DNA of 64,000 bases. Origin: a virus (lineage: Duplodnaviria > Caudoviricetes). The stretch is from IMG/VR virus record IMGVR_UViG_2936984999_000001, positions 58,815 through 122,814 of that record; one strand, written 5' to 3'. Both the position numbers and the translations under genes were made by a program. The notes beneath the pieces are model-generated. The model was not told where the DNA came from. It worked only from the letters and a program-made list of their open reading frames with translations, and did not search any database. Positions 52,401-61,567 of the stretch are shown one piece after another; the first letter of the stretch is position 1; every line of letters begins with the position of its first letter.

Positions 52401-54264
52401 GAATTGGGATAATAATGGTGGATGGGATACACAATTTGCTATAAGTAATGGAAGTTCTCCACATTCATATATTCGTTCACAAAATAATGGCACTTGGGGA
52501 AATTGGACGACATTATTAGATTCGTCCAATTATAATAATTACTCACCATCAAAAACTGGTACTGGCGCAAGTGGTACATGGGGTATTAATATTACAGGAG
52601 CTTCAGGTTCTTGTACTGGTAACGCAGCTACTGCATCCAATGCATCTAAAGTTAATGGTCATACTGTAAATTCCGATGTTCCATCTGGTGCTAAATTTAC
52701 AGATACAAATACATGGAGACCTCTTGGTACAGCAGCAAATACAGCTTGTGCAGGTAATGACTCACGTCTATCCAATGCTCGTCCTGCATCTGATGTGTAT
52801 GCATGGGCTAAGGCTAGTAGTAAACCATCATATAGTTGGAGTGAAATTACAAGTAAACCAAGTACTTTCACACCGGCTTCACATACACACGCATATATAC
52901 CTTTATCTGGAGGCACAATTACAGGTAGTATAATACGTAGTAGTGGAGGAAGTTGGATATCAGCTAGAAATAATGTAGCAGTTCGTGGTACTGCAACTGG
53001 TAAAGATTCATGGAATCCTGTGGTTGGTCAAGCTACACCAAATGGATATTGGACAATTGGCAACTTAGCATCAAATGATAATTTAGCATTTAGCTATACT
53101 TCTAACACAAATTATAATGCCGGAAACAATTCGGCTACAACAGTGTATTTACCAGTGCAAGAAGGAACTATCATTACTTCTGCAACAATTGGATCTCAAT
53201 CTGTAAAATATGCTACAAGCGCTGGTTCTGCCGGTTCCGTAGCATGGGGAAACGTAAGTGGTAAACCATCTAGTTATACTCCATCGTCACATACACATGA
53301 TGATCGTTACTATACAGAAACAGAAATAAATACGAAGTTAGGAGCAAAACTTGGTGCAGTATCAGCAAACGGTTACTATGGTATGGCAAGACCAGATGGT
53401 AATACATCAGATTGGATACGTACTACAACAGCTGGTATTATACCATATCAGTCTGGCGGAGCCGGTGCAGGACATTGTGGACTTGGTACAAGTTCATGGT
53501 ATTTTAGCAATGCATATATTGATACAGTTAATTGTGTTAATGCTTCAGTTAGTGGTCATATAGATGTAGGTGGATATATTCAAAGTAGTAATTTAATAAA
53601 TACTTATTTTGAATATCAATCTAATAGAGGAACTATAGATTGGCGATTTGGATCTGCAACAGGTACAGGTGATGAAAATTTCTTTGGTTTTTATGATGCA
53701 AAAACTAGGAAAATTCCATTAGCACTTGATGGTAATTTTGGAAACATTTATGTCGGTTTTAACGTAGGTAGTTATGAATCACCGACTGCGGTAGGAGTTT
53801 ATCTTGGAGGGCAAGTTGCCGGAAACAGAGCATTTATTTATAATGGAGACTCATATCAAGGATCAATTTGGATTCAAACCAGACTTGATGGCTCATGGAA
53901 ATGGTTCAGCCTCGGAAGAGTATGTAGTACAGCTCTTTCCGATATTCGACTGAAAGGCAATATAAGAGACACCGAAGTAGAAGATGCTACAAAAGTTATA
54001 GAATCAATGAAAATTCGTTCTTTTGAAAGAAAAGATTCTCATAAGAAATACAAGATTGGCTTTATAGCAGACGAACTCGAACAGCTCGACCCTAATCTTA
54101 TTGATGGAGGCGGAGAGGTTGATGGACATCCAGATTATAAATCTGTCAACAATTTACAGATGCTTGCTTATGTTGTAAAAGGAATGCAAGAATTAAATTC
54201 TAAAGTAACTATACTTGAACAAGAAAACAAACGACTCAAACAAAAACTAAATATGTGCAACTAA
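49450..54264 (+). CDS. Long modular tail fibre with C-terminal S74-type chaperone
   Basis: Repeated WSGITGKPSTFAPSSHNH and HTHDDRYYTE motifs, knob-like WGNW domains, SDIRLKGNI..IGFIADELE. Confidence 0.85.
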   Translation: MKEQFLNLSGLTELVTYIKLCIAQHKMIIPRASFSLFPKTGDENNIYIDTSTNSIYRWNDSDKSFVLLARPPRNISISEGKNNGQITLKVDEIESNATVHGLKSAAFSNASSFATSAQGAKADSAVQSITIAPGTNNGTVKITVNGVTTDNIKVAGLGSAAFSDIAVFAPAKHTHSKSDVGLGNVDNTADIDKSVKYAGSSGSSNTVVYTALTNTDLNTLQTEGKWYYAGGGNTCTNVPVESAAFELYVGRNASGWRYQQFTVTSGEIYIRVFDSSNWGNWRKLAFTSDTVTAASSVPWSGITGKPSTFAPSSHNHTIANITDIGKASVNFANSAGCPQGFSSRTTTATWGNQTGTVVTDWHTSNGGDIAFRDNSGQLNVVIDGFFYQNEGKNLVLDSGNYSNYAATKIHTHTISNITNLQTTLDGKSNTNHTHDLNQMINTLTNGTSDPADTDYYIAQYAGGGSTTTTYHRRPHSALWNYIKSKANSVYQPKGSYAASSHTHDDRYYTESEINTKLASKSDTSHTHNYVVGSYTGNGGQQKPNYFGTNKVGFLMMNTTVNGDSNYKDWIIMDCYGGNDVGGSVALGVNRQKLAAYIMRSAAERSSWAESAELLHTLNYTSYTVTKTGSGASGTWGISISGNATTSTKLATARSINGTNFDGSGNITTATWGTARTLTIGNTGKSVNGGGNVSWSLSEIGAAASNHTHSYLPLSGGTMTGNISYRGSKATYKMIEFIDNSSDAYGNGIAIGGGGLTIIGGGESVDVVKSTSTTGGDERLILANDGAIDIYTNCQNGIDKATHITIDNTGLYSGTAAKANSVPWSGVTGKPSSYTPSSHTHTVSQISDFGTHVYDATISRTANTVLAAPNGKAGSASFRALVAADIPSITKSKITDFPSSLPASDVYAWAKASSKPSYSWGEITGKPSTFAPSSHNHSYLTLYGSRPANINFSTSTNGAGAMFHFVATSSTKTGKPPEDSNVLQMNWDNNGGWDTQFAISNGSSPHSYIRSQNNGTWGNWTTLLDSSNYNNYSPSKTGTGASGTWGINITGASGSCTGNAATASNASKVNGHTVNSDVPSGAKFTDTNTWRPLGTAANTACAGNDSRLSNARPASDVYAWAKASSKPSYSWSEITSKPSTFTPASHTHAYIPLSGGTITGSIIRSSGGSWISARNNVAVRGTATGKDSWNPVVGQATPNGYWTIGNLASNDNLAFSYTSNTNYNAGNNSATTVYLPVQEGTIITSATIGSQSVKYATSAGSAGSVAWGNVSGKPSSYTPSSHTHDDRYYTETEINTKLGAKLGAVSANGYYGMARPDGNTSDWIRTTTAGIIPYQSGGAGAGHCGLGTSSWYFSNAYIDTVNCVNASVSGHIDVGGYIQSSNLINTYFEYQSNRGTIDWRFGSATGTGDENFFGFYDAKTRKIPLALDGNFGNIYVGFNVGSYESPTAVGVYLGGQVAGNRAFIYNGDSYQGSIWIQTRLDGSWKWFSLGRVCSTALSDIRLKGNIRDTEVEDATKVIESMKIRSFERKDSHKKYKIGFIADELEQLDPNLIDGGGEVDGHPDYKSVNNLQMLAYVVKGMQELNSKVTILEQENKRLKQKLNMCN

Positions 54265-54299
54265 GGTCACTCTTAATTGAGTGACCTTTTATTTTTTTT
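54263..54299 (+). terminator. Terminator after the tail fibre gene
   Basis: aaggtcactc/gagtgacctt plus T run. Confidence 0.7.
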
Positions 54300-54327
54300 A
54301 CTCAAAATTTGAAAGGAGCAATATATT

Positions 54328-55230
54328 ATGATTATTTTAGGCAAAATTAAAGTTGACGACCAGGTACTTAAGTATTGTGAAATTTCCTATGATCCATTTT
54401 ATGTAACGGTCATGTCTGAGGACGAGAAAGCAATTGTAGACCTCTTCAATAATGCAAAATCTATTATTGTTATGGATCAGTATGGACTGGTGATTAAATC
54501 CGTATCCAATTATTGTGGCGTTGAATCTTCTACCATAAAATATAACTTTTATCTGGATGAAGAGAACAACATGAAACCTGTAATTACCGTTCGTCTCAAG
54601 GCTGTTGATCTCAATGAAAAAATCAAATCTATTGAAGCTGCTATGGGTGAAGATACTGTTGACGAATCAAGTATGTCTCTTGAAGAGTACAGAGCATACA
54701 AAATTAAACAGTATGGTGTAGAATGCCAGGACAAAATTTATGCAGGTACTGATGTAGAGACAAGTTATGGAACAGAGCACTTTTCTGCCACAGGTGATGA
54801 TCAGGCAAATATTAAAACTTTATCTGATGTTGCCATGGCAACAAAGGTATCTCTTCCATATCATGCAGATGGCTCACAGTGCAAAGTATATACCTATCAG
54901 GATATTATTAAAATTTACTGTGAGATTCAGAAACTAATTCTTGCAGAGACATCTTATTGTAATGCTTTGAATACATATGTAAGAGGACTTAATACCAAAG
55001 AACAGATTGCAGCAGTTAAATATGGTCAGGAAATTACAGATCAGGTAATTAAGACTAATATGGATACCGTAATTGCGCAGGGAAATGCTGTAATGGAAGG
55101 TATTGTAAAGCAGTATCTTGAAACTGCAGTACCAGAAACTAAGACAGATGTTAAGGACACAGAAAATACTACAGATGGCACAGATAATATAGAAGATGCA
55201 GCTACAGAAAAATCATCTAAAAAGGCGTGA
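54328..55230 (+). CDS. DUF4376-like tail fibre-associated protein
   Basis: EHFSATGDDQANI..LPYHADG..SYCNAL. Confidence 0.55.
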   Translation: MIILGKIKVDDQVLKYCEISYDPFYVTVMSEDEKAIVDLFNNAKSIIVMDQYGLVIKSVSNYCGVESSTIKYNFYLDEENNMKPVITVRLKAVDLNEKIKSIEAAMGEDTVDESSMSLEEYRAYKIKQYGVECQDKIYAGTDVETSYGTEHFSATGDDQANIKTLSDVAMATKVSLPYHADGSQCKVYTYQDIIKIYCEIQKLILAETSYCNALNTYVRGLNTKEQIAAVKYGQEITDQVIKTNMDTVIAQGNAVMEGIVKQYLETAVPETKTDVKDTENTTDGTDNIEDAATEKSSKKA

Positions 55231-55235
55231 TATAA

Positions 55236-55667
55236 ATGAATAAATTAAAGCCATGGGCTAAATATTTATTTTTGTTTTATATGGGTGGTTCTATCTATTA
55301 CTACATAGAAGTCCTGTTCAGAGGATATAGCTATTTAAGTATGTTTATTCTTGGTGGAATATGTTTCATTTATTGTGGGTTGCAAAATGAAAAAACTTCA
55401 TGGGATTATCCGTTTTGGAAGCAATTAGCAAAATCTGAAGCATTTGTACTAATAGCAGAATTTTTGACAGGATGTGTTTTAAACTTATGGCTCGGTCTTG
55501 GAATTTGGGATTATAGTAATCTTCCTGGAAATATTCTCGGACAGACTTCTTGGCAGTTTGCATTACTCTTTTTGCCGGTATGTGCATTTGGAATTATCTT
55601 AGATGATTATCTAAGGTACTGGTTTTTCAATGAAGATGAACCACATTACAATTTTAAGCTTAAATAA
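55236..55667 (+). CDS. Four-TM membrane protein (CmpB/putative ABC permease-like family)
   Basis: GGSIYYYIEVLFRG..EFLTG..IWDYSNLPGNILGQ. Confidence 0.65.
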   Translation: MNKLKPWAKYLFLFYMGGSIYYYIEVLFRGYSYLSMFILGGICFIYCGLQNEKTSWDYPFWKQLAKSEAFVLIAEFLTGCVLNLWLGLGIWDYSNLPGNILGQTSWQFALLFLPVCAFGIILDDYLRYWFFNEDEPHYNFKLK

Positions 55668-55700
55668 TCAATAGGGGTGGTATAATACCACCCTTTATTT

Positions 55701-56060
55701 TTATTCTTTTTTGTAATCAAGCATGTATGTAATTATTTCGCCTATTGACATTTTGTCAACTTGATCGGAAGTAATAAGATCATGTCCGGATTCAATCAAT
55801 CCGCGGATATAATCGAACGCATGTAGATGTTGTATATACTCTCTCGCCTGAGAAATCGTAGTCATTCTCATATTTTTCATCTCAAATATTAAAATCTTAA
55901 CTCCCTCTTCATTTTTATGTTTAAGTATAAAATCATTAATATCTGAGATACAGTCTGTATTCACTTCATCTTCTATAAAACTTTCATAATGATCAAGTCT
56001 TAGGCAAATCAATTTAACATAATTCTTGATTTTAAATTTTTCTTTCATATCAGTTGCCAT
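55701..56060 (-). CDS. Hypothetical moron
   Basis: RBS aaagga, extended -10 TGGTATAAT upstream, bidirectional terminator near 55672. Confidence 0.55.
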   Translation of the reverse strand: MATDMKEKFKIKNYVKLICLRLDHYESFIEDEVNTDCISDINDFILKHKNEEGVKILIFEMKNMRMTTISQAREYIQHLHAFDYIRGLIESGHDLITSDQVDKMSIGEIITYMLDYKKE

Positions 56061-56193
56061 TTTTTATTACCATCCTTTTCTATTTTTTTTAAATTATACC
56101 AATTTTAATTAAATATTTCACTGGAAATATATGGTAATTGATCACTTCTAAAATTTAACTCTAAATTCAATTCTAAGAAAGGAGTCACATCTT

Positions 56194-57210
56194 ATGACAA
56201 AGACAGAAAAAGCTACTCGTTGGATGGAAGCAACTGCTCGTGATAATAGTCATGGTTACGATCAGGCTTATCGTTGGAACGAAAAAGGCGATTATGACTG
56301 CTCTTCTGCTGTTTACACTGCATGGGTTAATGCAGGTATTCCTGTAAAAGATTATTCATTTAAAACTTATGGCTGTGCTTATACTGGTGTTATGAAAGCA
56401 GTATTTACACATTTTGAATTTAAGGATGTAACCTCTAAAGTAAATCTTACAACAGGAGCAGGTTTACAGCGTGGAGATATTTTGCTTAATGAAAAATATC
56501 ATGTTGCAATGTATTGTGGTAATGGTCTTGAAGTTGAGGCATCTATTAATGAAAATGGTAGAGCTACTGGTGGAAAACCTGGGGACCAGACTGGACATGA
56601 ATTCTTAATTCGCTCTTATAGAAATTATCCATGGAATGTTGTTCTCAGATATACTGAAGCAGCTGATGGTAATCCGCCTGTAACTACAAAAAATTATCTT
56701 GCCATGGGTGATAAAGGTGATGCGGTAAAAACAATGCAGACAATGCTTATTAAACTTGGTCATTCTTGCGGAAAATATGGAGCTGACGGAGAGTATGGAT
56801 TAGGTACATTGGCTGCTGTAAAAGAGTTCCAGCGTGATAATGGACTTGTTACAGATGGTCTTTATGGTGAAGCTACAAAAGCTAAACTTACAACCTTATA
56901 TAATGCTAAAATTAAAGCAGAATCAGCTTCAAAACCAAGTTCAAAGCCATCTACATTATCTTCTAAAGTTGCTGCAGCTCAGTCATTTAATAAATCAATT
57001 GCTGGTACTTACAAGGTTAAAGCATCTAATGGACTTAATCTTCGCTATAAGCCAGGAGATACATCCAATTCAAATCTTATCCTTACAATCCCTAATGGAA
57101 AATCTGTTGCAAATTATGGATACTACACTGCCGTCAATGGAGTCAAATGGTATCTTGTTACATACAAAGATACACCTGGATTTGTTTCCAGTCGGTATCT
57201 TGTTAAATGA
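56194..57210 (+). CDS. Endolysin (NlpC/P60-type catalytic domain + PG-binding + SH3)
   Basis: YDCSS..GDILLNE..HVAMY; GDAVKTMQ..DGEYG..FQRDNGLVTDG; GLNLRYKP..GFVSSRYL. Confidence 0.88.
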   Translation: MTKTEKATRWMEATARDNSHGYDQAYRWNEKGDYDCSSAVYTAWVNAGIPVKDYSFKTYGCAYTGVMKAVFTHFEFKDVTSKVNLTTGAGLQRGDILLNEKYHVAMYCGNGLEVEASINENGRATGGKPGDQTGHEFLIRSYRNYPWNVVLRYTEAADGNPPVTTKNYLAMGDKGDAVKTMQTMLIKLGHSCGKYGADGEYGLGTLAAVKEFQRDNGLVTDGLYGEATKAKLTTLYNAKIKAESASKPSSKPSTLSSKVAAAQSFNKSIAGTYKVKASNGLNLRYKPGDTSNSNLILTIPNGKSVANYGYYTAVNGVKWYLVTYKDTPGFVSSRYLVK

Positions 57211-57257
57211 TAGTACAGCACACAATGAATAAAGGGAGTGAGGATAAGGTGGTTTAA

Positions 57258-57836
57258 ATGGATAAGTTTGGTGGAATTAAAGAGAATGTAGAAGTTGTAC
57301 GCAGTTTTGATTGGTGGACCGTTGTGATTGGAGTTTTGATTGCAATAGGTATTGTAATGTTATGCGTAAAAATTAAAGACTTTGTTGTTTCTACATTTGG
57401 AATTACTACAAAATCTGCTTTAGCTAAACAGGCACAAGAAGAACGTATCAAAGACTTGAATAATCAAATTATAGATTTACAGAAAGAAGTTCAACAGTTT
57501 AAGGATAATAGAATCCATGATAGAGACCAGTCATTTGATATACAGAAACAATTAACCGACAGTCAGACGTTACTACAAAATTCAGTTGAGAATTTAAGAA
57601 AAATGTTAGTTAACAAAGAGATTAATGACATGCGTTGGGAAATTCTTGACTTTTCAAATGCCGTTATGAATGGTAGAGTATATAATAAAGAGATATATGA
57701 TCATATTTTTGACACATACACAGAATATGAACGAGTATTGGAAGAAAACGGTCTCGAAAATGGAAAGGTTAATTCATCAATGCAATTTGTTCGTAATAAA
57801 TATCTTGAGCTAATGGAAAAAAGCTTTAAGCAGTAA
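57258..57836 (+). CDS. Single-TM coiled-coil lysis-module protein (holin-like)
   Basis: N-terminal TM helix; follows the endolysin. Confidence 0.5.
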   Translation: MDKFGGIKENVEVVRSFDWWTVVIGVLIAIGIVMLCVKIKDFVVSTFGITTKSALAKQAQEERIKDLNNQIIDLQKEVQQFKDNRIHDRDQSFDIQKQLTDSQTLLQNSVENLRKMLVNKEINDMRWEILDFSNAVMNGRVYNKEIYDHIFDTYTEYERVLEENGLENGKVNSSMQFVRNKYLELMEKSFKQ

Positions 57837-57896
57837 TTATACATATGGGGTAATAAGTTGTTATTATACAGCTTACTACCCCATTTTTTCGCGTTT

Positions 57897-58115
57897 TTAT
57901 TTACATGATATATTATATATTGGAACAAATACCTGATCATTGATTTCGAGCCGTTTTGGATAATTATTGATGAGTGCATCATATATTTGAATTGCCATTT
58001 TTTCTGTTATAACAGTATCTTTTTTGATTGGAATTTTCTGGATAAGATTTTTCATAATTATTCTGGCATTTTCATTTTCATATATATATTCGTCTGCAGG
58101 TATTGGATTAATCAT
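57897..58115 (-). CDS. Small putative SOS-regulated protein
   Basis: RBS GGAGGT; LexA boxes in its promoter. Confidence 0.6.
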   Translation of the reverse strand: MINPIPADEYIYENENARIIMKNLIQKIPIKKDTVITEKMAIQIYDALINNYPKRLEINDQVFVPIYNISCK

Positions 58116-58141
58116 AATATCGACCTCCTATTGTAAATAAT

Positions 58142-58193
58142 CGAACAATTGTTTGTTAAATGTTATTGTATAGAATATACGTTCGATTGTCAA
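58142..58193 (-). promoter_or_regulatory. SigmaA promoter with two LexA/DinR-type boxes
   Basis: TTGACA-17-TACAAT; CGAACAATTGTTTG 58142-58155 and AGAATATACGTTCG 58172-58185 versus consensus CGAAC-N4-GTTCG. Confidence 0.7.
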
Positions 58194-58566
58194 GGCTTTA
58201 TGTCGAATTATTGCAATTTATTTACCATGATTTTTCTATACTTCTGCTGCTATGTATGGTATTATCATATTTGTAACTAACATTTCAATTTTAATAAGAC
58301 TCCAGCACGATTTAAATTGGCCTGCGCGCTGGAGTCTTGTATATGTAAAATTTATTCATTCCGCAACTTGAATAGTCCTTATAATAATCAGAACTTAAAA
58401 GTACAAATTCCATACTTTTCTCCTAATAAAGTAAAAACCTCTTATATTTGCAAAGAAGAAGATTTTTTCAAACCTAATATTGCAAAAATGCGTGATGATC
58501 TATATAATAAATATAGAAATCCAAAAACTTCTTGACAAACAAGATAAAAAGTTATATACTGCAATA

Positions 58567-58680
58567 TATAAAAAATTAGAGAAAACTAAATAAAGTGCTT
58601 TTTGGGTATAGGAGCAAATGAGCCAGCCTATATTTGGAAAGAACACTTTCAAAAAGGACATCCTACGAGGTGTCCTTTTT
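58567..58680 (+). ncRNA. Candidate small RNA
   Basis: TTGACA-17-TATACT promoter (58532-58560), long hairpin, terminator aaaaaggaca/tgtccttttt; no RBS-led ORF. Confidence 0.5.
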
Positions 58681-58786
58681 GTATTGTTTTTATATTAAAC
58701 TATATAACAAAGCCCAGCGATCCACACGGACAACTGGGCTTTTATTGTTACTATTCCTCATCATATTCCAGACTCATATTTTCCTC

Positions 58787-59044
58787 TTATTCTTTTATAA
58801 ATGTTGTCATAATAGATGCTGTATACCCTGATTCATCACCGTTACATTCCTGAATAATATATGTACCAAGCTTATATTTGTCTGAGAGAGCTTGTATTGT
58901 TTCATTCACTGTTTTAAATGCTCCAAGAATTTTCTTATTTTTCAGTGCTATAAAGGATTTTCCATATTTATTATATAGATCCTGGTATATACTTACAAAA
59001 TATTTGAAATCATTTAATCTGTCTTGTTCTGTATATGTGTCCAT
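58787..59044 (-). CDS. DUF5678-like small protein
   Basis: RBS GGAGGG; LYNKYGKSFIALKNKKILG pattern. Confidence 0.55.
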   Translation of the reverse strand: MDTYTEQDRLNDFKYFVSIYQDLYNKYGKSFIALKNKKILGAFKTVNETIQALSDKYKLGTYIIQECNGDESGYTASIMTTFIKE

Positions 59045-59173
59045 ATTGTCAACCCTCCAATCTGTTCTTTTCTACTAATATATTACTATATTTTACTGTA
59101 TATTTCTATGTACAATGTGGTCTAATGACCATAATAAAAGCCCAGGCATTCACCCAGGCTTTATAGTGTGTTA

Positions 59174-59446
59174 TTAATCTACCGTTGGCTTCGGCTTGGA
59201 CATAAGCTCCTTCAGTTCGTCAATTGTGTAACCGTTAGAATCCATGAGATTTGCAAGTTCTGTAAGCTGCGCTGCACGTTCGGCTTTGGACTTCTGGGCT
59301 TTTAAAATAGCAAGTTCTTTATCAATATTTTTCTTCTGTTCTGATAATACATTAATCTTCTCAGTTAATTTTTTAATTTCTTCATCAATTTTTGTAAGTT
59401 TTGAATTAAGCACTTCTTCTTTTGTTCGTCTTGTTCTTGCTGCCAT
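59174..59446 (-). CDS. Small coiled-coil protein
   Basis: RBS AGGAGG before MAARTRRTKEE. Confidence 0.65.
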   Translation of the reverse strand: MAARTRRTKEEVLNSKLTKIDEEIKKLTEKINVLSEQKKNIDKELAILKAQKSKAERAAQLTELANLMDSNGYTIDELKELMSKPKPTVD

Positions 59447-59522
59447 AATAAAATTCCTCCTATTGGATAATTTTATAATTATACTACTCCATAACAACTA
59501 AAGTTTCAAGATAATTTTGAAA

Positions 59523-60335
59523 TTAATGGCATATTTTTAAATAATAATATATGGCGCTCATTGTATAAAAATTTTTTCTATTGTCATATACCATTGAGTC
59601 TATTTCTCTACCGCAAAAATTTATTCCATGTTTTTTATAAAAACTAATTATGTTACTTCTTAATCCCCAATTTTCTTTTCTAATCGACAAATAATCAATA
59701 CCAATATCTTTTATGTCTTGTTTATAATATCTGTCAATTGCGTATTCAACTATTTTATCAAGCATTTCATTTGTGTTATATTCTACATCAGAGTTAAGAT
59801 TCATCATTTCTAGTGGAGATAATTTTTCTCTTACTCTTCCATAACCAATATAACGTATTTCACTATTATGCAATTTGCACTTGTGTATAGGACATATCGG
59901 TAGCATTCGTATTTGATGTATATTATGCCAATATGCTTCTCCATATTTTTTACGATCCTCAATAATACACATTGGACAATATTTCAATTGTCTATTTTCG
60001 CTACGTGGTCTTCTTATATTAAGCTCTGTTTTATAGCAGTCCGTTTTTAAATTATAAAGGAATTCATTAGCATAGTCATTTGAACAATACCCTGTATAAA
60101 CATAAAACATTGTATGATGTTTTAACAGATTTTCTATTGATATAACTTTCTCAATATTATTTTCGGTATCTTTATTAATATTTCCAATAAATAATTTACT
60201 AATAACATTTGTACTGTTTACAAATAGTTCTTTTGCAATCTCATGCTCTCTCCATATACCGCTACTTATAAGATATCTACAGAACCAGCTGTAAACTGTT
60301 TCGTCATCATAGATGCTAGGAAGTCTGTTTGTCAT
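59523..60335 (-). CDS. tniQ: TniQ/TnsD-family target selector
   Basis: YDDETVYSWFCR, YCPMC..YGEAYWHNIHQ..CPIHKCKL. Confidence 0.88.
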   Translation of the reverse strand: MTNRLPSIYDDETVYSWFCRYLISSGIWREHEIAKELFVNSTNVISKLFIGNINKDTENNIEKVISIENLLKHHTMFYVYTGYCSNDYANEFLYNLKTDCYKTELNIRRPRSENRQLKYCPMCIIEDRKKYGEAYWHNIHQIRMLPICPIHKCKLHNSEIRYIGYGRVREKLSPLEMMNLNSDVEYNTNEMLDKIVEYAIDRYYKQDIKDIGIDYLSIRKENWGLRSNIISFYKKHGINFCGREIDSMVYDNRKNFYTMSAIYYYLKICH

Positions 60336-61567
60336 ATTTTTATTTCCTCCACTATAATTGATTGTTTAAGCAGTTTTATAAAATCAATATTTTTTTCCTT
60401 AGATATTTTCAATATCGTTTCAATGTTATTAAACTCTTTTATTACGCAATCTTGTGTGATATTATTTGTTCTATCAGATACTATGTGTTTATTTTTCTTT
60501 TTATCGGCTTTGTTAATGCTTGGTTGTATAAATTTGTGATACATTTCAATCCTATTTTGGTATGCTTCATTCAATATATTAATATTAATCTTACTAAGTC
60601 CTGACATTATAGCAATTTCCTGAGCATCGTGTAATAATGATATTACAATTGAAATGTTACCGCAGGAATGGTCATATATCCATTTATAAAACTCTTCATT
60701 TATTGTTGCATTTTTTATAGTATATTGATATCTAAATAATATATTGCATATGTTTTTAAAGTACTCATCATAAGAAAGTGTTGTATATTTAAGCCCCATA
60801 GTTCTTCTGGCAAGATGCTCTGCGCCTTCAAAAAATAACACGCTTTCCGGAGTCCCAACCATACAAATACTTATTCCACTATTGTTGATAAGCTGTGTAA
60901 GAAATCCTATTATATTTTTACCGTTTTTTGAGTTTGCAACATTTTGTATCTCATCAATGATAAGAACACCTATATTATTTATTGCTATTGTACTTATTTG
61001 GCTTATGAGGGCATCTGTAGTACATTTATCAATAATTTTCCCATTTAAATATTGTGTTTTAAGCATACTGTTTATCTTCATCAAAATTTCGATCGCAAGA
61101 CCTTTTACAGATGAATCAAATGGACATTGTACAGTTACAAATGGAATTATATCTGAGAATAAATTGCAATCAAATTTACAATTTTCAACAATAACATCTA
61201 CTGCCCTGTTCACGGCTGTACTTTTACCAATACCTGAACTCCCTATTATTGTAAATGAATCAGATCCGCCAATTATACTATTAGAGTTTCCTGTTAAAAA
61301 TCTTTTGTAATTTTCGTATCTTTGCTGTGATGCCAATTTTGAACTCTTCTTTTTTAGTGAGTGATATAAAGACAAATATAATTTGTTATAAATCTCTATG
61401 GACATTTTAGATGGAATATAAATATCATATAGATTTGATAGGGCAATCAGCCTTTCTCCAATATCCATATTTTTACTATTTTCATCATATTTTGGAACAA
61501 CAGACAATGCTTTTACAAGTCCATCTCCTGATAACATTTTAGGTAATATTTTTGTATAATCATCCAT
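60332..61567 (-). CDS. tnsC: TnsC-like AAA+ ATPase
   Basis: Walker A GSSGIGKS, Walker B LIIDEIQN, VGTP, LARR. Confidence 0.88.
   Translation of the reverse strand: MDDYTKILPKMLSGDGLVKALSVVPKYDENSKNMDIGERLIALSNLYDIYIPSKMSIEIYNKLYLSLYHSLKKKSSKLASQQRYENYKRFLTGNSNSIIGGSDSFTIIGSSGIGKSTAVNRAVDVIVENCKFDCNLFSDIIPFVTVQCPFDSSVKGLAIEILMKINSMLKTQYLNGKIIDKCTTDALISQISTIAINNIGVLIIDEIQNVANSKNGKNIIGFLTQLINNSGISICMVGTPESVLFFEGAEHLARRTMGLKYTTLSYDEYFKNICNILFRYQYTIKNATINEEFYKWIYDHSCGNISIVISLLHDAQEIAIMSGLSKININILNEAYQNRIEMYHKFIQPSINKADKKKNKHIVSDRTNNITQDCVIKEFNNIETILKISKEKNIDFIKLLKQSIIVEEIKI

Noticed and set aside
22814-54734. Numerous short alternate-frame and antisense ORFs inside long structural genes
   Set aside because: Shadow ORFs with no RBS or recognisable motifs
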